From: Patescibacteria group bacterium
GTDB taxonomy: Bacteria > Patescibacteriota > Patescibacteriia > 2-02-FULL-49-11
Direction of reading: 5' to 3'
Assembly (NCBI GenBank): GCA_041645165.1
Contig: JBAZQN010000010.1
Coordinates: 102-64,101, forward strand
DNA: 64,000 nt
Part shown: piece after piece, positions 36,537 to 44,984 of the stretch
Layout of the letters: the number at the start of each line of letters is the position of its first letter
Position numbering within the stretch: position 1 is the stretch's first letter
Translations under genes and position numbers: made by a program
The notes under the pieces: model-generated
Database searches by the model: none
What the model was told of the DNA's origin: nothing
The model's input: the letters and a program-made list of their open reading frames with translations, nothing else

Positions 36537-39500
36537 TCACTGTTGGTACCCGCATGTTCCTCCCGTATCGCAATCATTATCCGTAATACATGGACGCGGA
36601 TTCCCCACAGGAGAGTTAGAACAATGCTTCGCGGTGATAATGGTATCTGGCCCGCCGCCGGTCTCATGGAGCCCCACGCATCCTGCTTCAGGATCAAGCT
36701 CGCCTTTGCAGTCGCTTAATTGGCTCTGGATTTTATCTTTCGGCACATAGAGGAAATCGCACGCAGACACCGAGCAGGTGCCACCGGGCCCTGGCGGGGT
36801 TGCCGTAGTGCTGCATTGCGCGTCCGTGGTACACGCAAACGCTCCGTCTTCGCTGCATGCTTTCTGCCCATACACGAGCGCCCTTGAACACCCCTCCGGC
36901 AGCCGCGGATCCTGATACTCGGTGCAGGTGGACACTTGCGGTTTGCAGCGCGCCACTGCGTTCGAGCAAAGGCCTTGGCTGCCCGGGCGGCTAAAATCCA
37001 TGCAGTCTGCGTCGCTCAAACAGCGGTTCTTCACTTTCGGATACGTCACGCCTCCTGATATCGCATCACGCACGGCTCTGCCGCCTATGCAAAATCCTAA
37101 CGGACGGCAGGTGCCGCCTTCAGGGCATTGCGTCGTCGCGTTCGTGCAACTCCGATACGGCGCGTTCGAACATACGCTTGTCACAGTAGGGCAAGGAGTG
37201 GAGGTGCCGAGCTGATACCACGTCGTGACAGTGCCCTCAGTCTCATACTCGCAGGTGTAGCCGGTCGGATCTTTGAATGAAGGAAAGGAGCTATTATCAG
37301 TCCTAGTCAATGTCGCACAATACTCTTCAGGGAGTGTGCAGAGACTCGTGATCTCCCCGATCTTACCGATCTCATCGCTGAACGTGTCAGGATCAACCAT
37401 GACAATAGTGTCGGCATACGTGCTGGTGGCCACTCCATTCGCGGAATTCCAAAACGCCACACTCGCCTGCCCCAGGAGCGTGCAGCCTGCCTGATTTGCA
37501 CTGCATGCCGCGTCTTGAGAAGGGATAAGGTAGGCAAGCGCATCAGCGGGCACGGTTACTATTGATGCAGGGCTATTGAAGCGATCCGTGGCATTGGAGT
37601 TATAGAACGTCTGCTCGGCTGGATTACTCGAATTCTGCGTGTCAATGAGCGCTTCGCATCCCACGAACCGTTCAGGGCACAGCGTAGAAAACTTCTTGAA
37701 ATAGTATGTCTTCTCTGTCCCTCCTTGACGGTACGCCGCGCAGTTGAGCTGGGCACCCGCTACCGTAGTTATGGGGGGAACTTGACTATTTTGATCGCAC
37801 GTCTCTGGCGTATACCAACTATCTTTAATCGCATACACCTGCGCGGTCTGCACTATTACATTATCAATATAGGTAGTGCTTCCTACCGTTATCCTCACTT
37901 GGGCAGGTGATGCGCTTGTTGCAGTAAATGGACCAAGCGTATACGACTTCCATGACGTGGTAACACTGTCCGCATAGGACGCAGGAGTGGCCACCGCTGC
38001 CTGCCCAGTGGAATCCACAAGCGAAGCGGAGATAGTGCTTGCAGAGTCAGCGCGCGCCCAGAATTTTACATTATAGAGCCTGCCTGTTTCCACGGAAAAC
38101 CCAGGCCGATACGCACTCGCGCTCCCCGCCGTACCTCCCGCCATTTTAAGTGAATGGTTATTGAGCACGGCAGCTTCATTGGAAATAGATAGCGCCGTTC
38201 CAGCAGCCGGGGACCATGGCTCATACGACCCGCTCTCAAAGGTATCAGAAAAAAGCTGCTGCACATTGCTGCCGTCGCCGCGGCGGTATTCGCGGCACCC
38301 CGCGGATGATGGCGCACATGTGGCACTATAATAGGGAATTGCTTGATACACACAGTGGCCATTTGCATCCGCTTCTCCCCGGTGTTGCGCGCACCAGCCG
38401 CCCGCATCTGGCAACGTGCGCCGCAGAGGGTGGCAATCGTCAGATGCTATAATCACTTTGGAGAAATAGCGATAGTAATAAGTAAGATTGCTATCAATGA
38501 ACTCTCGGCAGTCAAGATCAGGGTTGAGCGAGTTAAAGTCATTCTGGCAGTTGATGCCATCAGGGCTCCGCAAGGAATCTACTATTTTTGCTCCAGTGAC
38601 CGCGGGCTCGCTTGTCGCGCCTCCGCTCGGGATCAATGTCCACACCTTCAGCTGGAATCCAACCGTGTCAGACCCCTCCCAGGTGTAATAAGTTGCTTCG
38701 CCGCTCCCGGGAAGTTCGCATTGTTTCAATTCTGTATAATACTCCTTGCCTTCGCCGCCTTGGGCAACCTTGTCGAGATTGGTAAATTCATCGCACCCGG
38801 CGTCTTGCGCCGGGCATGAATGCGCAGTGGCGGGAATAAATTGGGCTACCGGAGCAGGAGGCATATTGGTGATAGGAATACCAGCTTCAAAATTCGTCTG
38901 CATTTGCTCATACTTCTTATATCCCACACATTCTGCCGGGCACTCATCATTCCAATTGCTCACCGTATTGGTTGCCGGAGCAATAGTAGCCATGGTCGGT
39001 TTTGCCGGAATGCCTATCTGCAGCTCGGTAGGATCAAGCGGGGTATAGAGGGCGCAACCCGCATACATACCCTCTTGGCCTACAGGTCCCATGCACGATT
39101 GCGCGGTATTATTAAGATAAACCGATTCTGCTTCTCGTGGAGCTCCTTGTTGCGGCGGCGTGGGCGTGCCGCGATACGTATCAGTAGGAGGATCCGAGGT
39201 TACATCTTGTAACACATCTGCATATTCTTGAGCGGTAAGTAAATGCTTTGCCTCATCCCTATGCCGAAGACGAATATAATCTTTGCACCCCACTGCATTC
39301 GGCTCTTTGCACGCGGCCTCTGCCATGGTAAGCGCTGATTGGTTCAGGAAATAATTATCCGGCGCAGCCACGCTGTCCACCCATCCGCCGGCATCCCTGC
39401 GTCTCGCGTACCTGCGGCACCCTTCAGACGCCACTCTCGTGCACCCTTGCGCATCCGTAGTATTGAGGAGAAAGCTTACGGTCTGATCTGATCCTGCCTT

Positions 39501-41561
39501 TTTAAGCTCTAGGCATGACGCATACTGCGCGGGGCACGACTCGCCCAAAGACCACACTTGCTTTTCCGTCGCGCAATACCCATACGCCAAGCACCCTGTA
39601 GCTCCCCCTTCCACGATGCAGGAGCGCTGATTCGTGCACACGTTCTCGCGGCTGATGGCAGGGGACGCGATATCAGGAGGGCAGAGAATCGTGCCGTTCC
39701 CGTTCGTGTCAGTGTCGCAGATGGGTAAAGTGGCGAGCGTTACCTTCAGGTCCGCTTCTCCCGGCCCTTCCCGCACGCACTTGGTAAGAGGCGCTTTCAG
39801 AATCCAATTGGGATCTACGAGCCTGCAATATGGAGACAAAAGCCCGCCATTTTGTCCGCACTTGTCATGCGCGTCGAGAAGTTCGCCTAATGTCACGCGC
39901 GTTTGCGCAAAATTCTTGATATAGAGCGCAGCAAGCTCCCAGCCTACGGGCACGATGCGGTACTTGCGCAAAATCACGATGGAACGGTAAGGGATTCCTG
40001 ATTGCCAGTCCGGTTGCGAACCGCCTTGTTCAAAACCAAAGGTAAGATTGCGGGAAAGAAGCCCTTGGCACTTGGGACAGCCCCCTGTCCCTACAGGCTC
40101 CACTGCTTCTCGCACTGACAAATGGGGATTCACGTCAATCGCCAACCTGAACAGTTCCGAAATCACGCGGTTCTCCGGGCCAGTGGTATTGGATGAAAGC
40201 TCCGAGAGCAGATCCACCGCGCTGTCAGTCGTGAAATCTGTCTTCATAATTTCGGCAAATGCGAGCTGCGCGCCCGCGGTAAATCCAATGAGGCCGCTTG
40301 AAGGGCCGTAACTTGACAAAGACCGGTCAGTCGCAGGATTGAATCCGCCGCTGGTAATGCGCTTGAATAGTTTGCTTACTAAAGTGTTCGTGAACACCTT
40401 AAATGCATCAGCGACCGCGTCGCCGGTGAAGAGGAGCATAGGACCATATGGCTTCTTAGTGAGCGCCTCTCTGGTCGACTCGGATACTAGTGTCGTCGGC
40501 GTCTTGAGCTCACCTGTTATTAAATCTTTCACTGGATTAAATCCTTCCCCCTCTTTCCGTTCTAGCTCCTTCGCCGTACGCGCTTTCGTCTGCGCGCTAT
40601 ACCCTTCTGCCACGATGGAGAGCACCGCGCCGATGTCATTCTCCGCAGGATTGAAGTATGTGGCAAACTTGGGCAGGTCTTTGAGCTTCAACTGCTTATA
40701 GTCAGTGCGGAAAATATCCAAACCATTGATGCGCACTGATGTCCGCGGCAGATTTTTCCTGATCTGGCTAAAGGTGCACAAAGGTTTTGAAGGCGCCAGG
40801 ATTTCACGCGCGGTAAGTTTTATTTTCGCTTCAATGTCTACGGATATGGGAGAGCAGAGGGTAAGCTTCTGATGGAGCGTACCGCGGAGTTTAGCTTTAC
40901 TCGCATTACTTTTATCACGCGCAGCCTGCGTCTTTTTATTTTTTATCTGACATTGCATGAGTTTTTCTGCCACTGCCTCGTATTCAGAACTACCAAAGCT
41001 AAGACATAAACCATCACCCTGTAATTCGCTACAACCAGCATTCCCTTGCTCATCAATTTTCCATTTTCCTTGGCAACAGTACTTCGCACACTCCTCTGGC
41101 ATTTCTGGCTTAGTAAGCTCATCAATCGCCACATCAACGCCAGTGGTTAAAAATATTCCCAACGCTTCGTCTTTCGCATCGTCCAAATACTTCTTCCACC
41201 CTTGAGTGATGAACGCGGGCTTCTGGCCTTGCCCTCCGCTTCCTAAATAGCTAGCATAGTCGTAGGCCACCTTATTCAAAAAATACTGCAAACCGCTTTT
41301 ATACGCCACCGCCACTACGGTCTTCAAGGCTTTGTCAATAACTCTCCAGATTGTATCCAAAATAGTCTTCTTTTCTTGAGCGACATCTACTACGACAGCC
41401 TGTGCATTGACATAAGGGATATGTAAAAAAGGAACGACAGCAAAACTCATCGTCACACACAGGAGGGCAATAATCGCGAACCATTTACGACGAGCCACCG
41501 TTCGTTCAATCTTGCAGATTGAACGATTGTTTTTATCGTCGAACAAACCGGTAGTGCTCAT
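36537..41561 (-). CDS. Large secreted Cys-rich protein with CBM-like domain; start uncertain
   Basis: Signal-like segment, dense Cys pattern, DTFESG..PW...YNVKFWAR...YIDNV; the tracked N-terminus overlaps a REP at 41504. Confidence 0.75.
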   Translation of the reverse strand: MSTTGLFDDKNNRSICKIERTVARRKWFAIIALLCVTMSFAVVPFLHIPYVNAQAVVVDVAQEKKTILDTIWRVIDKALKTVVAVAYKSGLQYFLNKVAYDYASYLGSGGQGQKPAFITQGWKKYLDDAKDEALGIFLTTGVDVAIDELTKPEMPEECAKYCCQGKWKIDEQGNAGCSELQGDGLCLSFGSSEYEAVAEKLMQCQIKNKKTQAARDKSNASKAKLRGTLHQKLTLCSPISVDIEAKIKLTAREILAPSKPLCTFSQIRKNLPRTSVRINGLDIFRTDYKQLKLKDLPKFATYFNPAENDIGAVLSIVAEGYSAQTKARTAKELERKEGEGFNPVKDLITGELKTPTTLVSESTREALTKKPYGPMLLFTGDAVADAFKVFTNTLVSKLFKRITSGGFNPATDRSLSSYGPSSGLIGFTAGAQLAFAEIMKTDFTTDSAVDLLSELSSNTTGPENRVISELFRLAIDVNPHLSVREAVEPVGTGGCPKCQGLLSRNLTFGFEQGGSQPDWQSGIPYRSIVILRKYRIVPVGWELAALYIKNFAQTRVTLGELLDAHDKCGQNGGLLSPYCRLVDPNWILKAPLTKCVREGPGEADLKVTLATLPICDTDTNGNGTILCPPDIASPAISRENVCTNQRSCIVEGGATGCLAYGYCATEKQVWSLGESCPAQYASCLELKKAGSDQTVSFLLNTTDAQGCTRVASEGCRRYARRRDAGGWVDSVAAPDNYFLNQSALTMAEAACKEPNAVGCKDYIRLRHRDEAKHLLTAQEYADVLQDVTSDPPTDTYRGTPTPPQQGAPREAESVYLNNTAQSCMGPVGQEGMYAGCALYTPLDPTELQIGIPAKPTMATIAPATNTVSNWNDECPAECVGYKKYEQMQTNFEAGIPITNMPPAPVAQFIPATAHSCPAQDAGCDEFTNLDKVAQGGEGKEYYTELKQCELPGSGEATYYTWEGSDTVGFQLKVWTLIPSGGATSEPAVTGAKIVDSLRSPDGINCQNDFNSLNPDLDCREFIDSNLTYYYRYFSKVIIASDDCHPLRRTLPDAGGWCAQHRGEADANGHCVYQAIPYYSATCAPSSAGCREYRRGDGSNVQQLFSDTFESGSYEPWSPAAGTALSISNEAAVLNNHSLKMAGGTAGSASAYRPGFSVETGRLYNVKFWARADSASTISASLVDSTGQAAVATPASYADSVTTSWKSYTLGPFTATSASPAQVRITVGSTTYIDNVIVQTAQVYAIKDSWYTPETCDQNSQVPPITTVAGAQLNCAAYRQGGTEKTYYFKKFSTLCPERFVGCEALIDTQNSSNPAEQTFYNSNATDRFNSPASIVTVPADALAYLIPSQDAACSANQAGCTLLGQASVAFWNSANGVATSTYADTIVMVDPDTFSDEIGKIGEITSLCTLPEEYCATLTRTDNSSFPSFKDPTGYTCEYETEGTVTTWYQLGTSTPCPTVTSVCSNAPYRSCTNATTQCPEGGTCRPLGFCIGGRAVRDAISGGVTYPKVKNRCLSDADCMDFSRPGSQGLCSNAVARCKPQVSTCTEYQDPRLPEGCSRALVYGQKACSEDGAFACTTDAQCSTTATPPGPGGTCSVSACDFLYVPKDKIQSQLSDCKGELDPEAGCVGLHETGGGPDTIITAKHCSNSPVGNPRPCITDNDCDTGGTCGYQQ

Positions 41562-41693
41562 AAAATCAAAACTGGATATTTAGATTATGCAACTGAACAA
41601 AATCTTGACGTCAGTGGAACAGGCATGCCTGTTCCCTACGATCACTTGGTTCGTTCAATCTTGCAGATTGAACCATTGATTTGAAGGACGAAA

Positions 41694-42191
41694 TTAAACA
41701 GGAGTAACCACGATCCTCGTCGGATACCTGCTTGCCGACGACCACCGCCAATCTTCTGGCGCATACACGTATCCTTTGCGCACGGGATTGTTATGAATAT
41801 ACTGCATCTTCTGTCTTAAAAATTCCTCTGACTCAACGAGTTCCGGATAATTTCCGCTCTGCCAGAACTGATATCCTCGCTCGGCCGCGAATATCCTCAA
41901 TACACTCGGTTCGGTTGCGATAATGTTCTTCTGCAATTCTTTCGATAAAAACGTCTTCATGTCCCTGATCACGCCGATGAGATCGCGGGCTGAACCGATG
42001 AAATGAAGGTGATTGAGCATAAAGACGAACGCGTAGATTCTTAATTGTTTCTGCTTTTGGCAATATACGAAACTATCTTCTAAGATTTCAAAGCGATGAT
42101 GGCGGTCAAAGATATAATACCAGTTTTTAACGGTAAACGTCATGAAGTAGACGCCGTCCTTTCCTGCTCTCGGTATTCGTACTGATGGCAT
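41694..42191 (-). CDS. REP-associated tyrosine transposase (RAYT, HUH/Y1)
   Basis: YFMTF, AFVFMLNHLH (HUH), FWQ, YIHNNPVRKG, WRWSS; inverted REPs at 41653-41673 and 42218-42238. Confidence 0.92.
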   Translation of the reverse strand: MPSVRIPRAGKDGVYFMTFTVKNWYYIFDRHHRFEILEDSFVYCQKQKQLRIYAFVFMLNHLHFIGSARDLIGVIRDMKTFLSKELQKNIIATEPSVLRIFAAERGYQFWQSGNYPELVESEEFLRQKMQYIHNNPVRKGYVYAPEDWRWSSASRYPTRIVVTPV

Positions 42192-42277
42192 ACTTCATAC
42201 CGCTCATTAAACGGGTGGTTCAATCTGCAAGATTGAACCAACGTAATACTATCTGCGTTCTTCTGCTTCTACTAGAG

Positions 42278-42958
42278 TTAAGGTTGTGGTTGCTGCTGCA
42301 CGGTCTGTTCCTGTTCTTTGAGCGTATCCTGATACATCTGCATTAAAGTAGCGTCGTCAATCTGTTTGAGCTGGTCTTCTGTCACCTGCCCAGTAGCCAA
42401 AAGGAGCGTCCTCAACTCTTGGGGCGTCATTTTTGAAAGGTCAGGAGGAGGCGCCGCAGTTTCATTTCCCTGTGCAGGGGGAATAAGTTCATTGAATTGC
42501 GGCGTGGAACCTACGGGCGCAGGCTGGCCTGCCTGCGCAGGCAGGCCTGTGCGGCATTCCGTGCCTTTCGGGCAATTGGGATCGTTATTCGAATCAATTT
42601 CAACCTTGTCGGTATACGTATCGCCGTCAGAATCTTTCAAGTAAGGCGAAGTGCCGTACACATTCAGTTCATCATAATCAGAAAGCCCGTCGCTGTCAGT
42701 GTCTTTCGTCTTTAGTTCCTCATTATTCGTTGAAAACTGGGCAGTTACCTGTGGCGCGCTCACAGCGCCGAATTGATTCTCTTGGCCTGCCTGCGCAGGC
42801 GGGCCTCCAGAAAGCCGCAGATCGCGCCAAATCTTAAATCCTCCCACGCCAAGGGCAAGAAACCCAAAAAATAAAATAGACCCAAATAGCACTTTTGGGT
42901 TCATTCCTTTTGATTCCACTTCTTCGCTTTTATTTTGTGGCAAAGATGAGTCAGGCAT
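42278..42958 (-). CDS. Membrane-anchored protein with thrombospondin type-3-like Ca-binding repeats
   Basis: DTDSDGLSDYDE...GTSP..KDSDGDTYTD..E. Confidence 0.8.
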   Translation of the reverse strand: MPDSSLPQNKSEEVESKGMNPKVLFGSILFFGFLALGVGGFKIWRDLRLSGGPPAQAGQENQFGAVSAPQVTAQFSTNNEELKTKDTDSDGLSDYDELNVYGTSPYLKDSDGDTYTDKVEIDSNNDPNCPKGTECRTGLPAQAGQPAPVGSTPQFNELIPPAQGNETAAPPPDLSKMTPQELRTLLLATGQVTEDQLKQIDDATLMQMYQDTLKEQEQTVQQQPQP

Positions 42959-43045
42959 CTATTGTATTTTATCTTGCATTTTAACGAATAGAGAAGAGGA
43001 AAAGGCTGATAACAATATAGCATAAAATTACATTCTTGTCAAAAT

Positions 43046-43903
43046 TCATATTTCACCATATTTTGAACGAAAAAGCGCTATCCAATCGTCTATATCTAGC
43101 TCTCCCGGACGCCTCTCTATTAACGCAGATAAACGCGGATTAAGACGCGGATTAACGCAGATATCGTTATCGTGAGGTAACGATAACGTGGTATGAATCT
43201 TACGCCGGGGAAAACGGAATGCAGGTTTGATGAAGCTGAAAAACGTTTCACTCTTGATATTTCCTCGCCGCTCGGCCGCTTGAGCGTCGCGAAGATCAAT
43301 CCGCACCAATGCGCTCTCAACCGCCGGCTGGGGCCAAAACGCAGAACGAGGAATAATCCTTAAAATTTCAACCTTGCCATACCATTGCACAATCACCGAA
43401 AGGAGAGACATATGCGGCGGACGTGCGTAAATCCTCTCTGCAACTTCTTTCTGAATAATGAGCACCATACGCTTCGGCAGATGATCATCCCGCAAAATGT
43501 AAGAAAAAAAATCAGAAGTAATGGAATAGGGAAGGCTTGCGACGACCACGAAATCCGACCACTGATGAACTGATGAACTGATGAACTGAATCGCATCTCC
43601 CTCAACAATCTCAACATTCTTCATTGAGCGGCGCTTGCACTCTTCTCGCAAAAATTTCACTAACTTCGACTCAATCTCTATCGCAGTCACGCGTCCTGCC
43701 GCGCCCGCAAGCGCAAATGTCAGCGCGCCGAATCCAGGACCGATCTCGTACACTGCATCAGCTGGCGTAATGCCCGCCGCCGCCACGGCGTCTTTCACCA
43801 CGCTCTCGTCAATTAAAAAATTCTGGCCGCGGTCTTTTGTCGGCCTGATGCGGTATTGCTCGCACAAAGATTTTAATTCGGGAACAGAAAGGAGAGAAGA
43901 CAT
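43046..43903 (-). CDS. rsmA: 16S rRNA m6,2A dimethyltransferase
   Basis: GQNFL, EIGPGFGALT, SLPYSIT, QKEVAER, FWPQPAVES. Confidence 0.93.
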   Translation of the reverse strand: MSSLLSVPELKSLCEQYRIRPTKDRGQNFLIDESVVKDAVAAAGITPADAVYEIGPGFGALTFALAGAAGRVTAIEIESKLVKFLREECKRRSMKNVEIVEGDAIQFISSSVHQWSDFVVVASLPYSITSDFFSYILRDDHLPKRMVLIIQKEVAERIYARPPHMSLLSVIVQWYGKVEILRIIPRSAFWPQPAVESALVRIDLRDAQAAERRGNIKSETFFSFIKPAFRFPRRKIHTTLSLPHDNDICVNPRLNPRLSALIERRPGELDIDDWIALFRSKYGEI

Positions 43904-44093
43904 TAGAAAAAATTTTCAATTTCTCCCGCTTAGGCGGGATCCCGCTGACATTTAAAGAAAATGATCAAAGAGCGGGACAATTCTCAATTTTTCCCGCTTG
44001 GCGGGATCCCGCTGTGGCGGGACATTCAATGACTCAATGATGCAAATGATTGAAAATTGAAACATTGAAAATTATTTGAAAATTGTAAATTGG

Positions 44094-44822
44094 TCATTGA
44101 ACATTTAGTCTGAGTGACCCTACTCGCAATACCCTCACTGAACCATCAGTATTTACTTGAACGACAGTTGAAGGCTTCCTCCTCAGCAGTGTTCCCCCAT
44201 CAATGACGAGGTCTGGTTTAAATTTTTTTCCGCTGAATGCGCGCACTGTCGCTGATGCGCTATAGAGCGCTTGCGTGCCGGAAACATTCGCGCTTGTGGC
44301 GATGAGGGGTTTGTCTAATCCACAAACGAGCTTGTGGGCGATTGGGTGCGGCGAGATGCGGAGGGAGAGTGTAGGGATAGATCTCGGTTCACTATTCACC
44401 GTCATCCCGGGCTTGACCCGGGATCCAGAAACAAAAACAAACAAACCCGCGCGATTTTTGTTTTTTCTTGTCTGGATTCCCGCCTGCGCGGGAATGACAG
44501 TTGTTTGAACGTATGAAGATGCGCGTTTCAACGGCAACACCAAAGATAACGGCCCCGGCCAATAGTGCCGTGCGAGCCGACGGGCAACAGGAGAAAATAC
44601 TACGTAACGCTCTGCCATTGACCTTGAAGCAACGATGACTGACAGCGGCTTTCCCTGCGGCCTTTGTTTGATGCGCCTTACTTTCATATGAACCTTCGGG
44701 TTCGTCCAATCACCGCCCAGACCATACGAAGTTTCGGTGGGAAAGGCCACCACGCCACCCTCACGGAGCACTCTTAATGCCACGCGAAGTAGTATCGGGT
44801 CATTAACTGAAATTACCTTCAT
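44094..44822 (-). CDS. tsaC: L-threonylcarbamoyladenylate synthase (YrdC/Sua5) with an in-frame REP doublet
   Basis: FPTETSYGL, KQRP.GKPL, WPGPLS, ATSANVSG, PSTVV. Confidence 0.92.
   Translation of the reverse strand: MKVISVNDPILLRVALRVLREGGVVAFPTETSYGLGGDWTNPKVHMKVRRIKQRPQGKPLSVIVASRSMAERYVVFSPVARRLARHYWPGPLSLVLPLKRASSYVQTTVIPAQAGIQTRKNKNRAGLFVFVSGSRVKPGMTVNSEPRSIPTLSLRISPHPIAHKLVCGLDKPLIATSANVSGTQALYSASATVRAFSGKKFKPDLVIDGGTLLRRKPSTVVQVNTDGSVRVLRVGSLRLNVQ
44401..44498. mobile_element. Gene-less GIY-YIG-family REP doublet inside tsaC
   Basis: gtcatcccgggcttgacccgggatccag (identical to 15526) ... ctggattcccgcctgcgcgggaatgac; read as VIPAQAGIQ...GSRVKPGMT. Confidence 0.85.
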
Positions 44823-44984
44823 ACGCTAAGCGCGGTGGAAATCCCAATACCCAAACCCCAATGACCAATTAAATCCCAATTACCAATACCAAAATTGAGC
44901 ATTAGGGAATTTGAGCATTGATTGAGCATTGGACATTGGAAATTGGTCATTAATTTGACATTTGAAATTTGTCATTGAGATTTC

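Noticed and set aside
11731-42958. Conjugative element or prophage
   Set aside because: No relaxase, coupling protein, integrase, att pair or phage structural genes; the cluster is continuous with housekeeping genes.
8716-43977. Twin hairpins with ~26-nt variable loops as dispersed CRISPR-like repeat-spacer units
   Set aside because: The loops resemble each other (c.tt.a...tca.g) rather than being unique spacers, and the copies are not arrayed.
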